From contig CAWGAA010000001.1 in NCBI GenBank assembly GCA_963820525.1, positions 1,440,001 through 1,504,000 of the forward strand: DNA of 64,000 nucleotides, written 5' to 3'. The notes beneath the pieces were generated by a model. It was given only the letters and a program-made list of their open reading frames with translations, was not told the origin of the DNA and did no database searches. Position 1 is the stretch's first letter. Each line of letters starts with the position of its first letter. The DNA comes from an uncultured Spirochaetota bacterium. GTDB lineage: Bacteria > Spirochaetota > Spirochaetia > SZUA-6 > Fen-1364. Positions 50,844 to 59,316 of this stretch are shown in pieces. A program made the position numbers and the translations under genes.

Positions 50844-53672
50844 TCAGGGCATGAGGTCGATAACGTAGAGCTTGGAGGCTCCGTCGATCGCGTAGAGCCA
50901 GCTCTTGTAGGCAACGAGCCGAACGGGGCTGAATCCGGCCTGGGAGAGAACCCCGGCGGAAACGGGGCTTCGCGGATTGCTCACGTCCCAGATCTGGATT
51001 CCCGCCGCCCCTTTTGCCACGTAGGCGAAGTTACCCCGCACAACGACGTCCAGGGCGCCCCCTCCGCTTGGGACGGCCGGCCAAACCGGCGCCTGCCCGG
51101 CGGCGCTCCAGCTCCTCGCGTTGGAGGCGTCAAAGACAAGAAGGCCGTTTGTCGAGTCCGCCACCAGGACGCAGTCCCCGGCGGCGGCAACGGCGGCCGC
51201 TGAACCCGATGCCGGCAGCGCGCCGTATCCGCTTAAGACCTGGGGCCACTGGGGATTGGAGATGTCGACCACCCTGAGCCCGGCCTGCTCATTGGCCACG
51301 AAGGCCAGGTCTCCCATGAGGGCGGCGCCCGCGGCTTCATGATTGGAGTCGACGGTGGGCTGCGTTTGGACGCTCCCGGCCAGGATCAGGTTCCCATCCC
51401 AGGAGAGATCCACAGCATCAAGATAGGAGCCGCTCGTGGTCACAAATGCATAATTGCCCGACAGCGCGATAGACCACGCATAGCCGCCGGGAAGATTGAC
51501 ATACCAGGGATAACCGCCATGAGGCGAGGAGGGATCCGTCGCATCCCAGATCATGATTCCGCTTCGCTCCGCAGCAACCAGGGCATGATTGCCGGCGAAC
51601 GCGAATGCGTAGGGAGTGTATTCGCCGTTCCCGCTTGTCCATGCGGTCTTCACTGTCGCAGAAGGAACTGAAATGTCGTATGTCGAGGCCTTCCAGTCCC
51701 CGCTTCCATTCTCGGACACGAAAATCCTGTCGCGATAAGCTGCAAGCCGTGCCCCCGTATTGACGTTTGTAAGGGTCAGGGCAAGGCTCATGGTGGAGGC
51801 GTTTCCTACGCCGTAGATGACCACCCCATAGCCCGAGCCCGCGGAGATGTAGGCCAGACCGCCGCTTGCGTCGATGCCATGAGGGTGCCCGGGTATGGTG
51901 TAGGTCTGAAGGAGCGACATGGAAGCTGGATTTGATATGTCTATAATCGAGAACCCGTAATCACGAAGGCTTACGTAAGCCCTGTTTCCATCCAGGGCGA
52001 TATTCTCGGCGGCCGCTGTGCCGACGGCGGGCGCAATGCCGGCGCCCAGCTGGCTGGGAGCGGTGAGAGTGGACGTGTCATACGCGTACAGTGACCAGCC
52101 GCCGCCCGCGCCGGCGACGTACAGCGTGGTGCCGGAGAACCGGCCCGTATAGCCCCCGCTCACTGTGGAAGACTGCAGGTTGAGGGTGGGACTGGAGTCC
52201 GTTCCCGTGACCGTGTAGATGGCCGTTTTGGAAAGGCCGGTAACGGCAAGGACCTTCGTGCCCGCGCGATCCTGAGCATCGACCGAAAGATTCTGTCCGA
52301 TCCCATCTGCTACTCCCTGGTTGGAGAGTCGCACGACGGGGTTCGCCTTGTCGGTGGCGTCGATGACCGCGAAGCCGTCATTGAAGCCGGCGACAAACAC
52401 GAGGTTGCCGAGAACGACGACGCCTTCGGCCTGAAGTCCGCCGTTGTCTGGAATGGCCACGCTCCCCGTGAGAACGGGAGAGGTCGGGTTGGAGATATCG
52501 ATGATGCAAAGCGATTTATTCGTGGTGAGGTACGCGTAGCTTCCCGAAATGGCGATGTCGTTTGCATTCTGCGCGGAAAGCCCGCCGGCCGGAAGCGGCA
52601 GCGACGGTTGATGGACGTCCGCCACGCGAAGCCCGTAGTAATAGTCAGTAATGAAAAGGTAGCCGTTTTCATAGACCAAAGACTGCGGATAGTCCGCCCC
52701 GTTGAAAGTGCTTATATTCGCGTCCATCCGCGAGGGCATGGGATCCGAGGCCACCTCCGCGTACTCGCTCATCACGGAGCTGTACTGCGCGGGACGAACG
52801 GCATAGTAGTAGGTCGAGCCCTGGACAATGCTCGTGTCGTGGAAGGGCGGCGCCGCCACGGGGCCGGATATGCTCAGGAAAGGTCCGCTGGGAGAGGGTG
52901 AGCGAAGCACCTCGTATTGGGGAATGCCGGGGAAAACGTGCCAGGTGACATCAACATAGTTGAAGTGCGGGATTATCGTGGGCAACAGGTTGAAGGTGGA
53001 AAGCGGAACGGCCCGGACAACGGGTGAAAATTTCTTTTTCCCGTCCGACGTGTCGCCTTCAAGCAGGAAGCTGTACACGGACCCGTTCTTGAGCTGCTTC
53101 ATCACGTAGGGCGAGGTCACGCCGGCTATTTTGGCGGACTTCAGGGGATCAGGAGCCTGAGCTGAAGGTTCGACGTAGAGGGTATAGCCGGTCACGCCCG
53201 GAACGGGACTCCAGGCGAGGGTGGTTTGCCTGTTGCCTTCAGATGAAGAGAAAGATGGGATTTCGTTTCCCACCCACGTCAGGGGCAATGTGGCGGTGGA
53301 AGTGTTGCCGTCCCAATCCACGGCCGTGAACTGGAAGGTGATGTTCTCCGTGAGGTCCGTGGACTCGACGATGTGGAAATGGCCCGAGGAATCCAGGGAA
53401 GCCGTTTTCAAGGCGGTCCTGGCCAGGATGAGGTACTGGAGGGATTTCACCTGCCCAGGGGTGCCGGCGCTGTTTGCCAGGTCGGAAACCACGCCATCAA
53501 TGACAATGTTCCGGGAGTAGCTTGAGTATTCCGCGGGGCTTGTGATGGTAATGACAGGCGGCACAATGTCCCGCGCATTATCCGCAACCGATCCCGTTAT
53601 GGGAGCAGGGCATCCCAGGATGACAACCAAGCAGATTGCCGCGCATATGGGGAGAAATAGCCTTCGATACAT
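50844..53672 (-). CDS. Lipoprotein with Ig/FN3 domains and LVIVD-repeat beta-propellers
   Basis: Lipobox VILGC, FN3-like YTLY / YYYAV strands, many 'xxxAYV...GLxIIDISNPxxP' repeats. Confidence 0.82.
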   Translation of the reverse strand: MYRRLFLPICAAICLVVILGCPAPITGSVADNARDIVPPVITITSPAEYSSYSRNIVIDGVVSDLANSAGTPGQVKSLQYLILARTALKTASLDSSGHFHIVESTDLTENITFQFTAVDWDGNTSTATLPLTWVGNEIPSFSSSEGNRQTTLAWSPVPGVTGYTLYVEPSAQAPDPLKSAKIAGVTSPYVMKQLKNGSVYSFLLEGDTSDGKKKFSPVVRAVPLSTFNLLPTIIPHFNYVDVTWHVFPGIPQYEVLRSPSPSGPFLSISGPVAAPPFHDTSIVQGSTYYYAVRPAQYSSVMSEYAEVASDPMPSRMDANISTFNGADYPQSLVYENGYLFITDYYYGLRVADVHQPSLPLPAGGLSAQNANDIAISGSYAYLTTNKSLCIIDISNPTSPVLTGSVAIPDNGGLQAEGVVVLGNLVFVAGFNDGFAVIDATDKANPVVRLSNQGVADGIGQNLSVDAQDRAGTKVLAVTGLSKTAIYTVTGTDSSPTLNLQSSTVSGGYTGRFSGTTLYVAGAGGGWSLYAYDTSTLTAPSQLGAGIAPAVGTAAAENIALDGNRAYVSLRDYGFSIIDISNPASMSLLQTYTIPGHPHGIDASGGLAYISAGSGYGVVIYGVGNASTMSLALTLTNVNTGARLAAYRDRIFVSENGSGDWKASTYDISVPSATVKTAWTSGNGEYTPYAFAFAGNHALVAAERSGIMIWDATDPSSPHGGYPWYVNLPGGYAWSIALSGNYAFVTTSGSYLDAVDLSWDGNLILAGSVQTQPTVDSNHEAAGAALMGDLAFVANEQAGLRVVDISNPQWPQVLSGYGALPASGSAAAVAAAGDCVLVADSTNGLLVFDASNARSWSAAGQAPVWPAVPSGGGALDVVVRGNFAYVAKGAAGIQIWDVSNPRSPVSAGVLSQAGFSPVRLVAYKSWLYAIDGASKLYVIDLMP

Positions 53673-53708
53673 TCTAGCCCCCTAATGATGACTAAATCAG
53701 TAAGGATT

Positions 53709-53737
53709 AATGTAGCACACGAGGATCCATTTTTCAA
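53709..53737 (-). promoter_or_regulatory. Promoter TTGAAA-N17-TACATT (with extended TG) for the LVIVD lipoprotein operon
   Basis: Motif read directly, 36 nt upstream of the ATG. Confidence 0.65.
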
Positions 53738-53959
53738 TGCAGACCGTGCGCCATTTTCCTTTTCCAGCGGAGCGTAGCGCCCGATTCCAGCGGCGCGAGC
53801 CTCTGGAGCCTCGTTCGAACGTTCTTCCCTGGCGATGACCAGCCACTGCACGCGTTCGGGATCCACGTCGCCATGGATGGATCCCGCATAGTGGCGTTCG
53901 AGCAGAACACGCCGGTTATATCCCAAGAACGCGATCGCCCTTCCGGGTCCCGTGGAGAG

Positions 53960-54955
53960 CTACCATGCATACGCTTTGGGCGCCTCGCCTCCGGGGCCGG
54001 GGAAGATCGCATCCAGCTTCTCGAGCACCGCCGGTTCCAGCGCGGTCTCGGTGGCGCGCACGGTCTCGTTCAGTTGCTCCACGGTGCGGGGCCCGATGAT
54101 GGGCGCGGTGACCGCGGGATTGTGCAGCAGCCAGGCGAGGGCCACAATGGCGGGCTTCTCGCCTATCTCGCGGCACAGCTTCTCGTACGCCTCGATCTTC
54201 GGCCTGGACTTTTCCAGATTCTTTTTGAACTCCTCGCTCGTTCGACGTCCGGCTGCCGCCTTCTCAAGCGCGCCGCCCAGGAGGCCTCCCCCCAGGGGAC
54301 TCCAGGGCAGGAGGCCCATGCCGTAGTGCCGGCAGGCGGGGATGACTTCCAGCTCCACCATGCGATTGTCCAGGTGGTAGATGCTCTGCTCGCTCGCGAG
54401 GCCCATCCTGCCCCGGCGGGAGGCTTCCTGGCAGGCGGTGGCTATGTCCCAACCCGCGAAGTTGCTCGACCCGACGTAGTTCACCTTGCCCTGGTCCACC
54501 AGGGACCCCATGGCCTGCCAGATCTCGTCCCAGGGGCACTCCCTGTCCACGTGGTGCATCTGGTACAGGTCAATCGTCTCTGTGCGCAGCCGCCGGAGGC
54601 TCCCCTCGCAGTGCCTCTGGATCTTTATCGCCGAAAGGTTCCGGCCGCCGTGATTCGGTTCGGGCTTCTCCCCCTCGCGGTCGGCGGGGTTGTAGACCTT
54701 GGTAGCCAGGACGACGGCATCCCTGCGGCCGCCCCCCTGTGCGAACCACCGTCCCAGGATCTCCTCGGTAAGTCCCCGCGGCGTCCAGCCGTACACGTCC
54801 GCCGTGTCGAAGAAGTTGATGCCGAGCTCCAGCGCGCGATCCATGATCGCGAAACTCTCCTTCTCCGCGGTCTGGTTGCCGAAATTCATTGTGCCCAAGC
54901 ACAGATTGCTCACAAGAACTCCGTGCCGTCCGAGCCTCTTGTAGACGATCGCCAT
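53960..54955 (-). CDS. Aldo/keto reductase
   Basis: LCLGTMNFG, FFDTADVY, LATKV, IDLYQMH, WSPLGGG, PIIGPR; SD AGGAGG. Confidence 0.93.
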   Translation of the reverse strand: MAIVYKRLGRHGVLVSNLCLGTMNFGNQTAEKESFAIMDRALELGINFFDTADVYGWTPRGLTEEILGRWFAQGGGRRDAVVLATKVYNPADREGEKPEPNHGGRNLSAIKIQRHCEGSLRRLRTETIDLYQMHHVDRECPWDEIWQAMGSLVDQGKVNYVGSSNFAGWDIATACQEASRRGRMGLASEQSIYHLDNRMVELEVIPACRHYGMGLLPWSPLGGGLLGGALEKAAAGRRTSEEFKKNLEKSRPKIEAYEKLCREIGEKPAIVALAWLLHNPAVTAPIIGPRTVEQLNETVRATETALEPAVLEKLDAIFPGPGGEAPKAYAW

Positions 54956-55124
54956 AGTGCCTCCTTGTCCTTTTTGAATGTACTGAAATCCTGGCTCCGC
55001 AGCCTCCTTCAGGGCTTTCCAATTCACTGCGCCTGCGGTGTTCGGCGCCCCCCGGCCAATCAGTAAGAACGCTGCCGAGGATTTAATCCTTCCTTTTCAT
55101 TTCACGGATGACTATCTTCTGCCA

Positions 55125-55616
55125 ATGAAGAACATTTACGCTCTCGCGGTGAGGAATATCAATGGAACCGAGATATCGCTGTCGGAGTTCGCAGGAGACG
55201 TCCTCCTGATCGTGAACGTCGCAAGCAAATGCGGTTTCACACCCCAATACAAGGGGCTGCAAGCCCTTTATACACGCTATCACGATCGCGGCTTCGAGAT
55301 TCTCGGGTTCCCGGCGAACGACTTCGGCCGTCAGGAGCCGGGTACAGATGCGGAGATCCAGAAATTCTGCAGCCTTACCTATGGGGTCACGTTCCCGATG
55401 TTCTCCAAGATCTCCGTGAAGGGAAAAAAGATGCACCCGCTCTACGCATTCCTCACCGAGAAGGAGACAAATCCCCGCTTCGCGGGCAGGATTACATGGA
55501 ACTTCAACAAGTTCCTCCTCGACCGCAAAGGAAACATCTTGGACCGCTTCGACTCGAGGGACGATCCGATGGGTGACAAGATCCCCCGCGCGGTCGAGGG
55601 CGCACTCGATCTCTAA
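55125..55616 (+). CDS. Glutathione peroxidase family protein (Cys type)
   Basis: VNVASKCGFT, GRQEPG, ITWNFNKFL. Confidence 0.93.
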   Translation: MKNIYALAVRNINGTEISLSEFAGDVLLIVNVASKCGFTPQYKGLQALYTRYHDRGFEILGFPANDFGRQEPGTDAEIQKFCSLTYGVTFPMFSKISVKGKKMHPLYAFLTEKETNPRFAGRITWNFNKFLLDRKGNILDRFDSRDDPMGDKIPRAVEGALDL

Positions 55617-55768
55617 GAATCTTTCGGACCGGCGAACGCGAATCCTATCGTTTGTCTTGTAACAAGCCCCCGTATTGGTCGCTATCCAGCCGGCGGACAT
55701 GTTCAGTCCTCCTCTGCCGAGCCGATCGCCATTGATTCCTGAGACCTGACTCCCGTACACTTCGTGCC

Positions 55769-56794
55769 ATGACGCCGAAGACCGTGCTCCTTGTGAGCGG
55801 TCTCCCTTTAGCCGCAGCAACCTCATTCAGCCGACAGCTTGAGCTGTTGGGACGTGAGCTGCAACGGTTGGGATGGCGTGTGGAGATATGCGACGCAATC
55901 GGCGCGGAAGGAAGGCTGCATCCAGGCTCCCACTGCAAGGCCATACTCCTGGGCTACCCGGAGCAGTTCCCCTTCCTGTCAAAGCAGCCCGGCGGGGCAA
56001 AGAAACGGCTTTTCCTCTGGTGCCAGCTCTCACGCCCGGCGCACCGTGCGGACTTTGATGTGGTTGTTCCCGTGCCACTGACTGAAATGACCAGGCTATT
56101 CCTTCCCTCCGGGGTGAAAGCCGGACCCACGATACCTCACGGAGTGGACACTTCCTTGTTCGCGCCCCAGCCCGCAGCGGACGTTCTCTCCCTCCGCCGT
56201 GAGCTTCACGCCGAGGGCGCTTTCGTCGTGGGCACGGTAGGCGCCAATAGCCCGCGAAAGCGTTTCGATCGGATCATCGAATCTTTCGCCCTCTTTTCCG
56301 AGATTGCCCCTGAGGCCGCTCTGCTGATCAAGACGGATCGCAGGGTTTCCCCGGAGGGTTTCGATCTGTCGCGGCGGGCTTCAGCCGCAGGGGTCGAGCC
56401 GCGTATACGAGTCCTCGCGGAAGATCTCCCACCGCGGGATATGGCGCGTTTGTACGGGATCATGGACGTGTACCTGAATCTCTCCGAATGGGAGGGGTTC
56501 TGTATTCCCGTAGTGGAAGCCATGGCGTGCCAGGTGCCGGTCGTGACTCACCGGATCCAGGGCCCCGGTGAGATCCTGCCGTATGGGGAGCTTCGAGTGC
56601 CCGACAGCCAGGAGGCGTGGGAAGGCGGCGCGCGGCTGAGATTTGCCGATCCCGCACTGGCGGCATCGGTACTTGGTTCAGCGTATCGGGACAGGGGACT
56701 TCTGGTCAGACTGGGCGCCTTGGGAAGGAAAGAGGCGCTGGAGCGCTTCGACATCCGCCGGGTTGCCCGACAGTGGGATGAGTTTCTGTCATGA
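55769..56794 (+). CDS. Glycosyltransferase family 4
   Basis: IPHGVD, RK, WEGFCIPVVEAMAC. Confidence 0.85.
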   Translation: MTPKTVLLVSGLPLAAATSFSRQLELLGRELQRLGWRVEICDAIGAEGRLHPGSHCKAILLGYPEQFPFLSKQPGGAKKRLFLWCQLSRPAHRADFDVVVPVPLTEMTRLFLPSGVKAGPTIPHGVDTSLFAPQPAADVLSLRRELHAEGAFVVGTVGANSPRKRFDRIIESFALFSEIAPEAALLIKTDRRVSPEGFDLSRRASAAGVEPRIRVLAEDLPPRDMARLYGIMDVYLNLSEWEGFCIPVVEAMACQVPVVTHRIQGPGEILPYGELRVPDSQEAWEGGARLRFADPALAASVLGSAYRDRGLLVRLGALGRKEALERFDIRRVARQWDEFLS

Positions 56795-56825
56795 GCCCTT
56801 CGTGCACGATGCGACATGCGTTCTC

Positions 56826-56854
56826 TTGCGCGTTGGCGGCGAATCTCCTATGAT
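56826..56854 (+). promoter_or_regulatory. Promoter TTGCGC-N17-TATGAT
   Basis: Motif upstream of the DISM-EAL gene. Confidence 0.55.
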
Positions 56855-56886
56855 ATGAGAGGTATTTCGCGGAGTCAGAATAGCGG

Positions 56887-59316
56887 ATGAATAAAAAGGT
56901 CGCTTTCGGCTGTTGGGCGATGCTTGCCCTCCTGCGCGTTTCCGGTCTGAGCGCGGATCCTCTCGTGGTGGGGGACGCGCCTCGGTACCGGCTCGGCGGA
57001 CACCTTGAAATCATGCAGGACAAGACGCAGGCGATGTCGATCTCCCAGATCATTGCGGACAGGGAGGATTGGCAGGCCACGCAGGCCGATGAGCCGAATC
57101 CCGGATTCTCCGGGGCAGTCCGCTGGGTCCGTTTCCAGGTGGAGTCACGAACGGATCATCCCATCCTCTTGGTGTATCGGTACACGAACGTCAATTTTGT
57201 CGATCTGTACGTCGTCCACCAGGACGGACATCTGGAACATTTTGCCTCCGGGAATTTCATACCGTTCGACGAGCGGTCCGTCCCTCACCGCTTTCCCGTC
57301 TTCCCTCTCAATCTATCCCGCGGAGAAACGGTCTGGTGCTACGTGAAGGTGCGAAACGAGGTGGGAGTCGGGATACCGCTCGCGATATGGAGCGAGCTCT
57401 CTTTCCGCGAAGCCGATCGCCAGGAGTGGATCATCATCGGCATGCTCATCGGTCTTTTCCTCATTGTCATTCTCTTCAACGCGCTGTTCTACTTCGCCAC
57501 CGGCGACAGGGCGTATCTCTCCTACGTTCTCTTCGTGCTGTTCTACCTGTTCTTCGAGCTGGCGTACCGCGGCATCGGCGGCGAATACCTGTGGCCGCGT
57601 CACACATGGATCGACAACTCCATTCTGGTCGTTTCTGCATCGCTTGCCATCACAATGGGGCTCGTTTTCACGCGCAGCTTCCTTCAGACCAGGACCTGGG
57701 CCCCGGTGATGCACCGCCTCCTCGGCGGGCTCCTCTGGGCGTCGATCGCGAATATCCTGGCCTCCGTCATTCTCCCCTTCGGGATCATGTCGCAGATCAC
57801 CAATGCGCTCCTCCTCGTCGTCGCCGTTGTTTTCGTCCCGAATGCCATCATCGTGTTCCGACGCGGTTTTCAGGCCGCCCGCTTCTACCTCGCGGCGTGG
57901 GTGCTCCTTCTGGCCGGCGGCATCATCTTCGCGATGCTGAACCTTGGACTGGCTCCCAGCAACGTTTTCACGGCGAACGCGATGACCTTCGGCGCCTCCA
58001 TTCAGATGATTCTCATCTCGTTCGCCGTCGTCGACAGAATACTCACCTTGCGGCGCGACCGCGAGAAAATGCAGCAGGAGCGTTTGGAGGCGGTCGAAAA
58101 GCGTCTCTACTCCGACGCGCTGACGGAGCTCCCCAACAGGAACCGGCTCATCGCTGATCTCCAGCCCGGGAGTCCCGTCACGGTCGTCCTTGTCAACATC
58201 GATCACTTCAAGGAGATCAACGACTATTTCGGGCAGAAGGCGGGCGATTATGTGATCATCGAGCTGGGGAAGCGGATACGCGGCGTGGCGGCTGATCGCG
58301 GAGGAACGGTATATCGGCTTCACGCGGACGAGTTTGCCGCCGTGATCGACGGCTCCTGCGACGAAGAAGCGCTCAATCGGCTGGGGCATGCCCTCGTTGC
58401 ACATTGCCAGGACAAGCCGTATTTCTTTCAGGATGAGACGCTCCGCCTCGACGTCAGCATCGGCATCGCGGCGAGCGACTCGCGTCACATGGAGAAGGCC
58501 GACATGGCGCTCGACGTCTCGCGGTCCAGCAAATCGTACGTCATCTATCGGCCCGAGCTCGAGGTGATCAAGCGGTACGCGGACAACCTGCACTGGCTGC
58601 ACGTCATTCGCGAATCGATCGAGCAGGACCGCATCGTCCCCTTCTTTCAGCCCATCCTGAACAATCAGAGCGGCATTGTCGACAAGTTCGAATCCCTCAT
58701 GCGGATCCGAGCGGCAAACGGCGTGATCATTCCGCCCGGGGCGTTCCTCATGATCGCGAAGAAGAGCAAGATCTATCCCGAGCTTTCGCGCGTCATTGTC
58801 GGAAAGACGGCGGACCTGATGCGCGGCGCGGACGCCGAGGTGTCCATCAACATATCGGTGGAAGACATCGTGCATCCCGATGTGCTCGCGGAGATCGACC
58901 GTGTCGTCTCCGAGAAGAACATCGGACCCCGCATCGTCTTCGAGCTTCTGGAATCGGAAGGCATCGAGAACTACGAGGAGGTCTCCCGCTTCATCGACCG
59001 GATGAAGTCTCGGGGATGCAAGATCGCGATAGACGATTTCGGGACCGGGTATTCAAATTTCGCCCACATTCTTCGCCTCCACGTGGACTACCTCAAGCTG
59101 GACGCGTCTCTCATCAAGCCGATCGCGGAAGACGGCAACGCGCGCTGCATCGTGGAAACCATCGTCTCCTTCGCCCGGAAGCTGGGGATCCGGACGATCG
59201 CCGAGTTCGTCCACTCCGAGTCGGTCCAGAAGATCGTGCGGGAAATCGGGGTGGACTTTTCGCAGGGCTACTTCATCGGCGAGCCGCGCGCGGACATGCG
59301 CTTCGAGAATATCTGA
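56887..59316 (+). CDS. 7TM-DISM receptor with degenerate GGDEF and EAL domains (probable c-di-GMP phosphodiesterase)
   Basis: DISMED2-like ectodomain, 7 TM segments, DALTELPNR, RLHADEF, ESLMR, DDFGTGYS, QGYF. Confidence 0.88.
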   Translation: MNKKVAFGCWAMLALLRVSGLSADPLVVGDAPRYRLGGHLEIMQDKTQAMSISQIIADREDWQATQADEPNPGFSGAVRWVRFQVESRTDHPILLVYRYTNVNFVDLYVVHQDGHLEHFASGNFIPFDERSVPHRFPVFPLNLSRGETVWCYVKVRNEVGVGIPLAIWSELSFREADRQEWIIIGMLIGLFLIVILFNALFYFATGDRAYLSYVLFVLFYLFFELAYRGIGGEYLWPRHTWIDNSILVVSASLAITMGLVFTRSFLQTRTWAPVMHRLLGGLLWASIANILASVILPFGIMSQITNALLLVVAVVFVPNAIIVFRRGFQAARFYLAAWVLLLAGGIIFAMLNLGLAPSNVFTANAMTFGASIQMILISFAVVDRILTLRRDREKMQQERLEAVEKRLYSDALTELPNRNRLIADLQPGSPVTVVLVNIDHFKEINDYFGQKAGDYVIIELGKRIRGVAADRGGTVYRLHADEFAAVIDGSCDEEALNRLGHALVAHCQDKPYFFQDETLRLDVSIGIAASDSRHMEKADMALDVSRSSKSYVIYRPELEVIKRYADNLHWLHVIRESIEQDRIVPFFQPILNNQSGIVDKFESLMRIRAANGVIIPPGAFLMIAKKSKIYPELSRVIVGKTADLMRGADAEVSINISVEDIVHPDVLAEIDRVVSEKNIGPRIVFELLESEGIENYEEVSRFIDRMKSRGCKIAIDDFGTGYSNFAHILRLHVDYLKLDASLIKPIAEDGNARCIVETIVSFARKLGIRTIAEFVHSESVQKIVREIGVDFSQGYFIGEPRADMRFENI

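Noticed and set aside
53597..53962. TAG read-through (pyrrolysine) extension of the aldo/keto reductase
   Set aside because: The reductase domain is complete at the stop, no pyl genes are in the window, and the extension would cross the next promoter and gene start.
55125..55616. Selenoprotein glutathione peroxidase
   Set aside because: The active-site codon is TGC (Cys) and there is no in-frame TGA.
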